Counted from the stretch's first letter, positions 28,372-37,774 are shown. The stretch: 64,000 nucleotides of DNA from an uncultured Candidatus Saccharibacteria bacterium (GCA_964446625.1 CAYUPH010000004.1:7838-71837), one strand, 5' to 3'. The notes: generated from the sequence alone by a model not told the origin. Translations and numbers: made by a program.

Positions 28372-28884
28372 TTACTTTACATAATTCGTCTCCAAATCCA
28401 TCTCTGTTTTCAATTCCAAAGCACGTTGCATAATATGATCCCCGATTTCTCCCCAGTCAAAATACTTCTTGTAGTCTTTAGGATCAATCAATTCAATCTT
28501 AGTCACGTCACCATCAGGATCATTTATAAAAGGACCATATGGTTCGACGATACATACCGACCGAGTCTGCGATACAACCCCTTTTGACTCAGTTATATCC
28601 TGACAACCAATGAAACGCTGTTTGAGTACATTCATATTTGTCTCCTCTTTCACTTCGCGCCGTACAGCCGTCCGAACGTCTTCACCCTCTTCTACTCCTC
28701 CGCCAGGCGGAGACCAATACCCTTTTGCATCCGAATATACCAAAACGAGCTTTTCTCCATGAAAACAATATGCATGAACTCCTTGGATTTTCTTCTTACC
28801 CCAATCACGCTCACTATTTATATCGTTATAGATAACAGGGAGTATTTCACCGGACCTATTTGTGAGGGTTGATTTAATTTCCAT
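28372..28884 (-). CDS. NUDIX hydrolase
   Basis: 170 aa; Nudix box GGGVEEGEDVRTAVRREVKEETNM (GX5EX7REUXEEXGU). Confidence 0.85.
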   Translation of the reverse strand: MEIKSTLTNRSGEILPVIYNDINSERDWGKKKIQGVHAYCFHGEKLVLVYSDAKGYWSPPGGGVEEGEDVRTAVRREVKEETNMNVLKQRFIGCQDITESKGVVSQTRSVCIVEPYGPFINDPDGDVTKIELIDPKDYKKYFDWGEIGDHIMQRALELKTEMDLETNYVK

Positions 28885-28941
28885 TAATTATAATTATATC
28901 ACTTTGGTAACTTTACTAAGTGCTGAGTCTTGAGTATATGT

Positions 28942-29265
28942 TTAGTCTCTGTTTTCAAAATGAAAAAGAGGATCCATACGTTCAACTAACTCCAAACTAC
29001 TTTCTCGCGCTTTCTTGTGATCTACGTCTATTGGATGAGGAGTTTCTGTGACAGCTTTTCGAGCCTTCTCAAAATCTTCAGCTTCCATGAAGTAAAAGAC
29101 CTCTAGACCATCATTTGAAATAAAACAGGACTCAGATACAACACCTTCATTTTTGAGAGTAGCAACAACTTCTTCCTTTCTACGTTTCAACTCCTCTGAC
29201 CAATCGAGCCAGATTTGTTTTGCATTAGGTTTAAATTGGAATTTAACTAATTTAACATTTGTCAT
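28942..29265 (-). CDS. hypothetical protein
   Basis: 107-aa ORF. Confidence 0.45.
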   Translation of the reverse strand: MTNVKLVKFQFKPNAKQIWLDWSEELKRRKEEVVATLKNEGVVSESCFISNDGLEVFYFMEAEDFEKARKAVTETPHPIDVDHKKARESSLELVERMDPLFHFENRD

Positions 29266-29349
29266 ATCTTTATTGTAACGTATTTCATGTGCAATATCCT
29301 AGTAGGGATTTGCTGCGGGTAAGGAAACAATTTTTAGTTGCATAGATTC

Positions 29350-30318
29350 TCATAACGTTGCGTCTGAATATCTTCCCTTATGCATATACTCATTCAAATC
29401 TAAAAGCTTAACGTTTTTACCGTGAACATTTAGAAAAATATTACCTTTTTGGTCAGTATGGCTATTACTTACAATAACTTTAGACTCTTCTTGTTCATCA
29501 ATGATTTGAGTAACAACAGCTCCTCCTATTCCCCCTTTCAAGTCATTACTAAATATCTTCCACCAAATATCTCCTATTAACTTTCCTTGGTCTTTATATC
29601 CATGTGTTTGGACATCGAATTCAAGAAGAGAAATAAGATCTTCAGAAATATCGTTCTTTGTTAATGTGTAGCACCCTGCTGAAACATATTGGCCCCATTC
29701 TGCCACTTTTACTGTTATTCCTTTTTTTGTGTCTACTCTTAATAAAAAAATATGTGAGTCCGCAACATTTAAAGTGTTTCTGCTATTTTCTATACACTCT
29801 TGTATTGGCCTAGGTATAGATAAGTTTTCACAAAAAGACTTTTTTTCTGGATTCTCTAATTCAACTTTTTTTATTAAAATCTGAACATATCTATCCAACG
29901 TGAGTTTTAATTTTGTTAAATTAATTATCTTTTTCTTTCTATTATTAGTCATACCTCCGAATATGAAATCCCCCACTCTATGAGTGTTTTTTGGATCTAA
30001 AAACCACTCATTGACAACATCTTTTGAAAAAAGCTCAATTTGATCTCTTAAAATTAGAATATCTGAACTAAGGATATTTGACTTAATGGCATACTTAACT
30101 TTTTGTGTAAAAAAATTCGCAAAATCAACTCTTCCTGCAACCGCAACAGCAATGGAATTTCCATCAGGCGCCAATCCTCGTTGCCCTATACCAGGACCAT
30201 GAATATTAACAATCTTTTTTACATCATCTCTGAACGTATTGGTAGAGGAAAAAGTAACTCTTGTATCAGAGATAAGGTAAAGTCTATTACTTAAGTTTAA
30301 TCCTGCAATAAGTGTCAC
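29350..30318 (-). CDS. hypothetical protein (322 aa); N-terminus MTLIAGLNLSNRLYLISDTRVT weakly reminiscent of Ntn-hydrolase/proteasome-beta-like starts
   Basis: Long ORF adjacent to tRNA-Gln; no firm motif. Confidence 0.5.
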   Translation of the reverse strand: MTLIAGLNLSNRLYLISDTRVTFSSTNTFRDDVKKIVNIHGPGIGQRGLAPDGNSIAVAVAGRVDFANFFTQKVKYAIKSNILSSDILILRDQIELFSKDVVNEWFLDPKNTHRVGDFIFGGMTNNRKKKIINLTKLKLTLDRYVQILIKKVELENPEKKSFCENLSIPRPIQECIENSRNTLNVADSHIFLLRVDTKKGITVKVAEWGQYVSAGCYTLTKNDISEDLISLLEFDVQTHGYKDQGKLIGDIWWKIFSNDLKGGIGGAVVTQIIDEQEESKVIVSNSHTDQKGNIFLNVHGKNVKLLDLNEYMHKGRYSDATL

Positions 30319-30503
30319 TTCAGTTAAATTTAATTTTTATTATCTAATTACGTAATATAATATAACCAAAAACAATTCTAGGTACAAGGATTTTAATACT
30401 TAACTCGAAGATTACCCCTACATTATATTAAGTACATAGAAAAATAAATTTTGATTTTTTTTATTAAAAAAGGTATCTTTAAAGACACAATTAAATATAG
30501 TAT

Positions 30504-30574
30504 TGCGGGTTCGTCTAATGGTAGGACACAGCACTCTGGATGCTGGTATTGGGGTTCGAGTCCCTGACCCGCAG
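30504..30574 (+). tRNA. tRNA-Gln (anticodon CUG)
   Basis: Hand-folded cloverleaf: acceptor TGCGGGT/ACCCGCA (U1:A72 as in bacterial tRNA-Gln), D-stem GTCT/GGAC, anticodon stem CAGCA/TGCTG, loop CT-CTG-GA, 4-nt variable, T-stem TGGGG/CCCTG with TTCGAGT loop, discriminator G; no encoded CCA. Confidence 0.8.
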
Positions 30575-30646
30575 CAAACACAACTTATTGAACAAATCTA
30601 GCTTTTATTGCCTAGACTGTTTTAATGTGGTACTCTTTCGCGAGTT

Positions 30647-30796
30647 ATGAAAAACCCTCCAAAATCTCGTAAAAAGCCTGCGCGTAAAAAAGCGAGGGTC
30701 GGGAGAAAAAAAAGAAGTCGTTTGAAACTTCTTCCAGGCCACTCTTCTGATGAAGAGGAAAACGGCGACCCAGGAAAGGGAGAAGAAAACGAATAA
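30647..30796 (+). CDS. 49-aa basic small ORF (MKNPPKSRKKPARKKARVGRKKRSRLKLLPGHSSDEEENGDPGKGEENE)
   Basis: Hand-translated; directly followed by a strong plus-strand terminator; below ORF-track cut-off. Could equally be untranslated 3' trailer of the tRNA transcript. Confidence 0.3.
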   Translation: MKNPPKSRKKPARKKARVGRKKRSRLKLLPGHSSDEEENGDPGKGEENE

Positions 30797-30826
30797 GCCG
30801 GTTGCGTAGCAACCGGCATTTTTTAT
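30797..30826 (+). terminator. rho-independent terminator (GCCGGTTGC-gta-GCAACCGGC + TTTTTT)
   Basis: gccggttgcgtagcaaccggcatttttt, plus orientation; ends the tRNA-Gln/small-ORF unit just before the convergent pyrG stop. Confidence 0.8.
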
Positions 30827-30828
30827 TC

Positions 30829-32478
30829 TTACTTTTTCTTTTTGAGACTCGCTTTTATAAAAGCGCTAAATAGTTTATGTGGTGCAAAAGGTCGTGCAAG
30901 AAATTCTGGGTGAAACTGAGTTCCAAGGAAAAACGGATGTTTGCTTTCAGGAAGCTCAGCAATTTCCATGAGTCTTCCGTCTGGGGATGTTCCCGAAAAG
31001 ACGAGTCCAGCTTTTTCAATTTGCTCTACATACTCTGGGTTTACTTCATAACGATGTCGATGTCTCTCTGAAACCTCCCCCACTCCATACGCTTTTTCTG
31101 CAATCGTTCCTTTCTTTAGAACTGCTGTGTAAGCACCGAGCCTCATAGAGTTTCCGTAGTCCCCTTTTGCAATTTTTTCTTTTTGGTCCGGCATAATATC
31201 AATCACAACCTTTGACGCTTTTGGATTAATCTCCGCTGTGTTAGCATCTTTCCAGCCAAGAACATTCCGAGCGTATTCAATTACAAGGAGTTGCATACCA
31301 TAGCAAAGTCCGAAGTAAGGAATTTTCTTTGTACGAGCAAACTCAATTGTTTTTATGAGTCCCTCGATTCCTGTTTCTCCAAAACCTCCCGGCACTACAA
31401 TTCCGTCATACCGACTGAGCACAGAAATCTTTTTTGGATCTTTTTCAAAATCTTTTGAGTTAAGAAAAGAGAGGTTTAGTTTTGCACCGTTTTCATACGC
31501 AGAAAACTTGAGCGCTTCAATAACTGAGATGTATACATCCGAGAGAACAAAATCTCCTGAATCAAAATACTTTCCTACAACAGCAATCTCAAGAGGTTTT
31601 TTTGCCTTTTGCTTTTTAGAGAGGAAGTTATTCCACTCGCTCATGTCTGTCTTTCTCTTTGGAAGTCCAAGAGTCTCTGTAAGAATGTCTCCGAGGTTAT
31701 CCTTCTCAAAATTTGCTGGCACCTCGTAAATACTTCCCGCATCCGGTGCAGAAATAATATGTGTGTCAGGGAGGTTACAAAAGACAGAGATTTTCTGCTT
31801 TCGTTTCTTGTCGAGTGGTGCACTACTTCGCGCAACGATAATATCTGCTTGAATACCCGTTGCATTAAGTGTACGCGACGCATACTGAGTTGGCTTTGTT
31901 TTCATTTCTCCAATGTTTGAAGGAGTTGGAAGGTAAGAGACCATTACAAAAGCAACATCTTTTGGTTTTTCTGTTTTAAGTATTCGAGCAGCCTCAAGGA
32001 AAATAATGTTCTGGTACTCGCCAACTGTTCCGCCAATTTCTATGAGAGTTACGTCTGCATCCTGTTTCTCTGACGCTTCTTTTATGCGTCTCAAAATTTC
32101 AAACGGAATGTCTGGCACCACTTCAACACACCTCCCTTTATACTCAAGGTTTCTTTCTCGACGAATTACCTCTTGGTACACTCGCCCAGTTGTCATGTAG
32201 TTTGTGCGAGTGAGGTTTTTCCCGAGAAACCTCTCGTAGTTTCCCATGTCCTGATCACACTCGTCCCCATCGTCCAAAACAAAAACCTCACCATGCTCCG
32301 TTGGGTTCATGGTGCCGGCGTCGACGTTAATATATGGGTCAGCTTTGAGCGCAGTGACTGAAAAACCTTTTGCTTTAAGTATTGCTGCTATTGAAGATGA
32401 TGTGACACCTTTCCCCACTCCTGACATCACACCTCCTACAACAAATATGTATTTCCGGTTTTTCTTCATTAGTTCCAA
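30829..32478 (-). CDS. pyrG: CTP synthase
   Basis: 549 aa; KYIFVVGGVMSGVGKGVTSSSIAAILKAKGF...; C-terminal glutamine amidotransferase G-L-C-Y-G-M-Q. Confidence 0.95.
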   Translation of the reverse strand: MELMKKNRKYIFVVGGVMSGVGKGVTSSSIAAILKAKGFSVTALKADPYINVDAGTMNPTEHGEVFVLDDGDECDQDMGNYERFLGKNLTRTNYMTTGRVYQEVIRRERNLEYKGRCVEVVPDIPFEILRRIKEASEKQDADVTLIEIGGTVGEYQNIIFLEAARILKTEKPKDVAFVMVSYLPTPSNIGEMKTKPTQYASRTLNATGIQADIIVARSSAPLDKKRKQKISVFCNLPDTHIISAPDAGSIYEVPANFEKDNLGDILTETLGLPKRKTDMSEWNNFLSKKQKAKKPLEIAVVGKYFDSGDFVLSDVYISVIEALKFSAYENGAKLNLSFLNSKDFEKDPKKISVLSRYDGIVVPGGFGETGIEGLIKTIEFARTKKIPYFGLCYGMQLLVIEYARNVLGWKDANTAEINPKASKVVIDIMPDQKEKIAKGDYGNSMRLGAYTAVLKKGTIAEKAYGVGEVSERHRHRYEVNPEYVEQIEKAGLVFSGTSPDGRLMEIAELPESKHPFFLGTQFHPEFLARPFAPHKLFSAFIKASLKKKK

Positions 32479-32552
32479 TTTTAAACCAACCTATTAATAC
32501 TTGTAAACACACACCCAGGTAGCACCACAAAAAAAGAGGTGCCGCTAGGGTT

Positions 32553-33473
32553 TTAGACTTTTAGATATTTTTTGACTGCCAAATAGCTAGAGAGAGCACC
32601 GATGAAAACTCCTGCAAGGAGAATAGACCCAAAGACTGAAAAGAAGTTTGAAAGGTAGTATGAAGCCACATTTACTCCTGTTCCGAGCCTTTCAGTATAA
32701 GGACCAGCCCAGTATGTAAGCGGTATAAGGAGAAAGAGTGCAATAAAAGATGAAATGACTCCGTACATAATTCCTCCCACAACAAACGGTCCTTTTATGT
32801 ATCTGTTTGAAGCACCAACGAGCTTCATAACAGCAATCTCGTCTCTTGCCATGTAAATGGTAAGACGGATTGTATTGAATGTAATCAAGATAGAAATGAG
32901 CGCAAAGAAAACAGCAATTGCGATTCCTAGGCGTCTTGACGCGTCGATCATACGAGAAAGTGAATCAATCGCAGTTTTGTTCCGTGAGTAGTTTACTTTG
33001 TCGATAATACTTGATGCACTTTGGCTTTTCTGCTTTTCGAGGAAGTCTGCAATACTCTCATACTGTGATGGGTCTTTTGCAATGATATTAAGTGTTGCTC
33101 CAAAAGGATTTTCCCCTACTTCATCCAGTGCTTGAAGTGTCAGCTCGTCGTCTTGGTGACGCAGTTTGAATTTCTCTAACTCTTCGTCTGCAGATGAATA
33201 AATTGAAGACGATACTTCTGGAATTGAATCAACTCTCTGTTTTAGCGCAGTAATCTCGTCTTCGCTTGCTGAAGTTACAAAGTAGACGTTTATATCTACT
33301 TTTTCCTGAAGCGTTGAAAGTGTTGAAGAAAGGATTGCTCTAGAGAAAAGAAGAGAAGAGATTACGAGGAGTGCAATCGTCATAATAAGAACAGACGCAA
33401 TAGACACCGACGCATTTCGCCAAAAGTTTACAAATCCTAGTCTCGATACTCTTTTTATATTTGTCCAAAACAT
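32553..33473 (-). CDS. ftsX: cell-division ABC transporter permease FtsX
   Basis: 306 aa; N-terminal TM, large periplasmic loop, C-terminal 3 TM; follows ftsE. Confidence 0.85.
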   Translation of the reverse strand: MFWTNIKRVSRLGFVNFWRNASVSIASVLIMTIALLVISSLLFSRAILSSTLSTLQEKVDINVYFVTSASEDEITALKQRVDSIPEVSSSIYSSADEELEKFKLRHQDDELTLQALDEVGENPFGATLNIIAKDPSQYESIADFLEKQKSQSASSIIDKVNYSRNKTAIDSLSRMIDASRRLGIAIAVFFALISILITFNTIRLTIYMARDEIAVMKLVGASNRYIKGPFVVGGIMYGVISSFIALFLLIPLTYWAGPYTERLGTGVNVASYYLSNFFSVFGSILLAGVFIGALSSYLAVKKYLKV

Positions 33474-33484
33474 TTTTTTATTTT

Positions 33485-34165
33485 TTACATTGAAAATCTA
33501 CCGTCTTTGTCGTCTCGCACAACTTTTCCTCCGTCCATTGTAATCACTCGTTTTTGAAGTGCATCGACGATTCCTTTGTTGTGAGTTGTGAGAACAATTG
33601 TTGTACCAAGGTCGTTAATTTTCTTTAGAATTTGAATAATCTCGTATGTTGAAACAGGATCAAGGTTTCCTGTTGGTTCGTCTGCAATAATCATGTCAGG
33701 CTGGTTTACAATTGCCCGTGCAATCGCTACTCTTTGCTTTTCTCCACCCGAAAGCTCGTGTGGGAAAGAAGAAATCTTTTTTGAAAGACCAACAAGCTCA
33801 AGAACATGGGGCACATCGCTTGCAATCTCTTCTTCGTCTCTTCCACAGGCTTCCATTGCGAAAGCAACATTTTCAAAAACTGTCAGGTGCGGTAGAAGAC
33901 GAAAATCCTGGAAAATAGTTCCGATTCTCCTTCGGTAATCTGTCAGCTGGTCCTTTTTTAACTTGTGCACATTTACAGACTCAAAAAAGACACCTCCTCC
34001 AGTCGGATTCTCTTCTCCCAGAATCATCTTGAGAAGAGTTGTTTTCCCTGCCCCCGAGTGACCCACAATAGACACAAACTCTTTTGGGTTTATTGTAAGT
34101 GACACTTCTGCAAGTGCGAGAGAGTTATTTGGATATACTTTTGTAACTTTATCGAAGTAAATCAT
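33485..34165 (-). CDS. ftsE: cell-division ABC transporter ATP-binding protein FtsE
   Basis: 226 aa; Walker [10 protein letters not shown], signature LSGGEKQR, Walker [12 protein letters not shown]. Confidence 0.9.
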   Translation of the reverse strand: MIYFDKVTKVYPNNSLALAEVSLTINPKEFVSIVGHSGAGKTTLLKMILGEENPTGGGVFFESVNVHKLKKDQLTDYRRRIGTIFQDFRLLPHLTVFENVAFAMEACGRDEEEIASDVPHVLELVGLSKKISSFPHELSGGEKQRVAIARAIVNQPDMIIADEPTGNLDPVSTYEIIQILKKINDLGTTIVLTTHNKGIVDALQKRVITMDGGKVVRDDKDGRFSM

Positions 34166-34293
34166 AGTGAAGTAAAGTAGTTCTCTTTAACTGAAAAGCT
34201 AGAAAGGAATCTAAAACTACCCGTCTATTATACCAAAAAAAATTTAAAAAGCGCAAAGCAATTTTTAGTGAAGTAGAGAAGCGTTTTATGGTA

Positions 34294-35172
34294 TTAAAGA
34301 GTTTTTTCTGCCTCAATAAACGCATCAAGGTCTCCTTCTTCTAGAACTTTGTCCACATTACTTGTTTCGACATCGGTACGGTGGTCCTTCACCATCTTGT
34401 ATGGGTGAAGCACATACGAGCGAATCTGGCTTCCCCACTCGTTTTCCGTAGTCTTTGAAACTTGGTGTCCGCTCTCTCTAAGAATCCTCTCATCTTCGTG
34501 TCTCTTGTAAATTTTTGACTTCAGAAGCTCGAGAGCTTTTTCTTTGTTTTGAGCCTGGCTTCTTTCGCTTGCAACGTGCACAGAAAGTTTTGTAGGTAGG
34601 TGTGTTGCACGCACTGCAGTTTCTCGTTTGTTTACATTTTGTCCTCCTGGTCCTCCTGCTTTTGCGAATTCTACCTTGATTTCTGTTTCTGGAATTTCTA
34701 CATTCATTGATTTATCAAAACTCGGCACCACTTCTACCATTGCAAAAGAAGTTTGCCTAAGAGCTTTTGCATTAAACGGTGACTGTCGCACAAGCCGGTG
34801 AACCCCGCTTTCGTTTCGTAAGTTTGAATACACTCCACGCCCTACAATCTCGAAAGTAATGTTCCGATACCCGCCAAGATTATTTTCATTTTCGTCGAGC
34901 ACAAAAAGCGAGTACCCCTTTGCTTCTGCATAGTTTTTATACATTTCAAAAAGCATGCGTGCCCAATCTTCTGCGTCATCTCCTCCTGCTCCTGCGTATA
35001 TTGTAATCACCGCGTCCCCTGCTCCGTAGACACTTCCTGTTTCAAGAGCAGTTTTTAGATCTTGAAGCTCTTTTATAAGTGCTTGTGCCTTTTTTGGATC
35101 AGTCCAAAAATCCGCAGAGGCCATCGCCTCTTCTATCTCTTTTATTCTTTTTTCTTTTGCGTCTTTTTCCAC
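34294..35172 (-). CDS. prfB: peptide chain release factor 2 (short form, no frameshift leader)
   Basis: 292 aa; GGQ motif GGPGGQNVNKRETAVR; RF2-specific SPF tripeptide (VRQSPFNAK); begins at the position homologous to just after the E. coli frameshift site; a tRNA gene lies immediately upstream so there is no room for a 5' ORF1. Confidence 0.85.
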   Translation of the reverse strand: MEKDAKEKRIKEIEEAMASADFWTDPKKAQALIKELQDLKTALETGSVYGAGDAVITIYAGAGGDDAEDWARMLFEMYKNYAEAKGYSLFVLDENENNLGGYRNITFEIVGRGVYSNLRNESGVHRLVRQSPFNAKALRQTSFAMVEVVPSFDKSMNVEIPETEIKVEFAKAGGPGGQNVNKRETAVRATHLPTKLSVHVASERSQAQNKEKALELLKSKIYKRHEDERILRESGHQVSKTTENEWGSQIRSYVLHPYKMVKDHRTDVETSNVDKVLEEGDLDAFIEAEKTL

Positions 35173-35176
35173 AGGG

Positions 35177-35249
35177 AGCCAATGACCGGGATTGAACCGG
35201 TGACCTCGCCCTTACCATGGGCGTGCTCTACCAACTGAGCTACATTGGC
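35177..35249 (-). tRNA. tRNA-Thr (anticodon GGU)
   Basis: Minus-sense GCCAATG-TA-GCTC-AGTTGGTA-GAGC-A-CGCCC-AT-GGT-AA-GGGCG-AGGTC-ACCGG-TTCAATC-CCGGT-CATTGGC-T-CC; all stems perfect. Confidence 0.85.
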
Positions 35250-35283
35250 TTTCTGTATATACTAATTCAAAAACGGAGTTTTA

Positions 35284-35313
35284 CAAAAAAAGCCACCTTC
35301 CCGAGGGAGGTGG
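35284..35313 (-). terminator. rho-independent terminator (minus sense GCCACCTCC-ctcg-GGAAGGTGGC + TTTTTTT)
   Basis: Terminates a short minus-strand unit (35316..35499) upstream of tRNA-Thr. Confidence 0.7.
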
Positions 35314-35497
35314 CACAAGATTATTCGCATTCAACAATTACCAGGAGCCTTTCGTCCCCGAACAAAATTCAGGTTGCGTCCCAACCGGTCTGTTTTCTTT
35401 CCGTTGCAATAGGAGACTATATCGGGCGATTCGTTTTTCTTTTTTCTTTTCCGTTCGGCTCTGGCACGACTTATATCACCCTTTGAGTTTGGTCTTG

Positions 35498-35528
35498 ACA
35501 TAGAAAGAGCGGTCTTGATTGACCGCTC
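35498..35528 (-). terminator. terminator of hypothetical gene 35569..36006 (AGAGCGGTC-aatcaa-GACCGCTCT + T-rich)
   Basis: 9-bp perfect stem 40 nt after the stop codon. Confidence 0.6.
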
Positions 35529-35568
35529 TTTAGCTTAATCGCGCCCTGCAAAAAAATCAAGGGAAAAC

Positions 35569-36006
35569 CTATACCCCAAAAGTAATCTGGTCGTCAGCTT
35601 CGAGGTAGTCAAAAAGCGTTGTCTTTTCTGGGTCCAAGTTTAGTCGAGTACACTCTCCAAAAAACCAATCTTTCTTTTCGGGATTTGTACTGTAAGAGAA
35701 GTCAGTCTTAAAAGAGTTTGACCACGCTTCTACTTCTTCATCTGTTTTTGGGGTGCCGTTTTCCTTTACCCACTTTACTATGTCATCATCACTCGCACCT
35801 CCGGCAACAAAATCCTTGAAGGCTCCAGAATCAATACCTTTAAAATCAAAAAACATTCGGTCTACAGGACAGTTAAAATGATATTCACCAATAGTCCCCG
35901 CCACCTCTGCTCGGCACTTATCGATTGTTCTTCCTAAAATTGCAAAACCTCCTACTTTTTCGTAAGGGCTTCTTGGCGCTTCTTTTGTCAAATCTTTTGC
36001 GTTCAT
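35569..36006 (-). CDS. hypothetical protein (145 aa)
   Basis: Conserved-looking soluble ORF, no firm motif. Confidence 0.55.
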   Translation of the reverse strand: MNAKDLTKEAPRSPYEKVGGFAILGRTIDKCRAEVAGTIGEYHFNCPVDRMFFDFKGIDSGAFKDFVAGGASDDDIVKWVKENGTPKTDEEVEAWSNSFKTDFSYSTNPEKKDWFFGECTRLNLDPEKTTLFDYLEADDQITFGV

Positions 36007-36030
36007 GTTGTTTTTAATTAAACTATTAAA

Positions 36031-36435
36031 TTATTTTAAAATTGTTTTAAAAACTGTTTCGATATTGTTTTTATACTCTTTGATAAATAAATCACTTTCT
36101 TCTCTTTCTTCGTAGTGCCTGTATACAATTGTACAATCCGAAAGCGAACTAAGAAACTCATCGCAAAAAACATTGTCACTTCCTGCGAGGCCACACGAGA
36201 TTCTCTCTCCATTTTCTCCCACATAGACTGGCCACTCGTCTTCGGGTGAAGAAACATACTGCGAGATAACCCCTTTTGAAGAATCGCAAACAGCTATCTC
36301 ACCTGTAAGTACATAATCATTTGTTCCAATCCACACAAACCAACTGGCAATAACTATGACCACGCCCACAAAATAAAAGTAGGCTTTTGGCTGCGATTTC
36401 GACTTCTTTTTAAGAACTTTTTTGATTTTATTCAT
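36031..36435 (-). CDS. membrane-anchored Cys-containing hypothetical protein
   Basis: 134 aa; basic N-terminus, one TM (AYFYFVGVVIVIASWFVWIG), ectodomain with 4 Cys. Confidence 0.5.
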   Translation of the reverse strand: MNKIKKVLKKKSKSQPKAYFYFVGVVIVIASWFVWIGTNDYVLTGEIAVCDSSKGVISQYVSSPEDEWPVYVGENGERISCGLAGSDNVFCDEFLSSLSDCTIVYRHYEEREESDLFIKEYKNNIETVFKTILK

Positions 36436-37120
36436 CTCGTTTTCGCTCCATGTAGACAGAGACAGTTCGCCTCTTGTGAGGTTTTCCGTCCTTTACATGC
36501 TTATATGATTTTATCATTTTATGAATCTTGAAGTAAGGAGTAAAAAGTTCATAAATTTCACTGTCATCAAACACATGCTCTGCTACTTTGATTTTAGGGT
36601 GTATATAGGTGTTTGCTTCACCAGAAGGAAAATCGCGAAGAAGTCTTTTTGCATGTGCGTCACCGTCGAGCGAAAATGTTTTAAAAAAGAGCCACCCAAA
36701 CGGCTTCACCACTCGTGCGAGCTCTTTTACAAAATCTCCTCTTTCTTTTTCGCCAAGGAAATGCGAAGACATCATATCGAGGGCCACATCAACACTTTCA
36801 TCTGGAAGTGGAATATTTTTACCCAGTTCTCCTACTTCAAATGTAATTGGAAGCCCTTTCTTTTCAGCATTCGCCGCTCTGATTGCCTCTGCTGAAATAT
36901 CAAATCCATACCCTTTCATGTTTCCCTCTTTGCAAAGCGCAATGATATTGCGACCATTTCCGCATCCACAGTCAAGAACCATTCCTCCTTCCGGAAAAGG
37001 TGGCCATTCGGAATTTCGCAGCGCCCATTTTACAAAAGTCTCCATGTCCGAAGAGGGCTCAGTTGAAAGAATGAGGTGCGTTGCGTTTTTGTATTCTTTT
37101 TCCCAAAAAGATTTTGTCAT
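36428..37120 (-). CDS. class I SAM-dependent methyltransferase
   Basis: Motif I VLDCGCGNGRN; ATG at 37118-37120 (track extends to a TTG at 37132). Confidence 0.75.
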   Translation of the reverse strand: MTKSFWEKEYKNATHLILSTEPSSDMETFVKWALRNSEWPPFPEGGMVLDCGCGNGRNIIALCKEGNMKGYGFDISAEAIRAANAEKKGLPITFEVGELGKNIPLPDESVDVALDMMSSHFLGEKERGDFVKELARVVKPFGWLFFKTFSLDGDAHAKRLLRDFPSGEANTYIHPKIKVAEHVFDDSEIYELFTPYFKIHKMIKSYKHVKDGKPHKRRTVSVYMERKRDE

Positions 37121-37362
37121 TTTAAATTTCAATATTTTCCTCTGGAAGTCCCTTCTGCAGAAGGGCTGCGCTGTCGTACAAAGCGTCTATTTTTGCCGCC
37201 TCCTTTACCAAATGCACAGTAAAAAAGAAGAGGTAAATTGAAAACAGTAGACCAAAGAAAAGAAGCTGTTTTGTGTTAGTCACAACGCCATTTTAGCATA
37301 GTTTTGGCGGAGTTGGGGTTTGAATACAAAAAGGTACTAGGTGCTAATCAAGTGAGAACTAC

Positions 37363-37737
37363 TTATTGATTCCTATTCTTTTGAATAATATCAAATATTT
37401 CCAAATCTATAATTTTCAATTTTTGTCCCGGAAAAATCCAAAACCCTTTACATAACAAAACAGTAAATTCGTTTACTTTTTTTACATCTGCAAGTAGTAA
37501 AGATGAAGGTGTTTTTAAAGATTTAAGATCTGACTCTTTATAGAAAATTGAAAATGGTAAATTAGCAACAGCTGGCATATATCTATTTATGACTACCACC
37601 CTCTTATTTGTTACCACCACATCTTGACCAGAAAGTTTTTTATAACTGAGAAACGCGGTCTTTGTTACGACAACATCTTCGATTCTTTTTAGCTCAACTT
37701 CTCCAGGCAGAAGCTCAAAACTCAATATATTAGACAT
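37363..37737 (-). CDS. bacterial PH-domain (bPH_2/YdbT-like) protein
   Basis: 124 aa; GEVELKRIEDVVVTKTAFL...GQDVVVTNKRVVVINRY fits the bPH_2 pattern (…LTNkRl…). Confidence 0.45.
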   Translation of the reverse strand: MSNILSFELLPGEVELKRIEDVVVTKTAFLSYKKLSGQDVVVTNKRVVVINRYMPAVANLPFSIFYKESDLKSLKTPSSLLLADVKKVNEFTVLLCKGFWIFPGQKLKIIDLEIFDIIQKNRNQ

Positions 37738-37774
37738 AAATAAATACTACCGCAGTTTGCTCTTTTGTTCAATT

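Noticed and set aside
30622-30819. Minus-strand 65-aa ORF after tRNA-Gln
   Set aside because: Lies antisense to the plus-strand terminator and small basic ORF; Pro/Ser/Phe-rich translation typical of antisense of Lys/Arg-rich codons.
35173-35260. Upstream ORF1 for programmed +1 frameshift of prfB
   Set aside because: Space is occupied by tRNA-Thr; RF2 ORF starts downstream of the canonical shift site.
35217-35486. Plus-strand 89-aa ORF
   Set aside because: Overlaps tRNA-Thr and two minus-strand terminator hairpins; no coding signal.
36609-37241. Plus-strand 210-aa ORF antisense to methyltransferase 36428..37120
   Set aside because: Opposite-strand shadow ORF of a motif-bearing gene (VLDCGCGNGRN); no motifs of its own.
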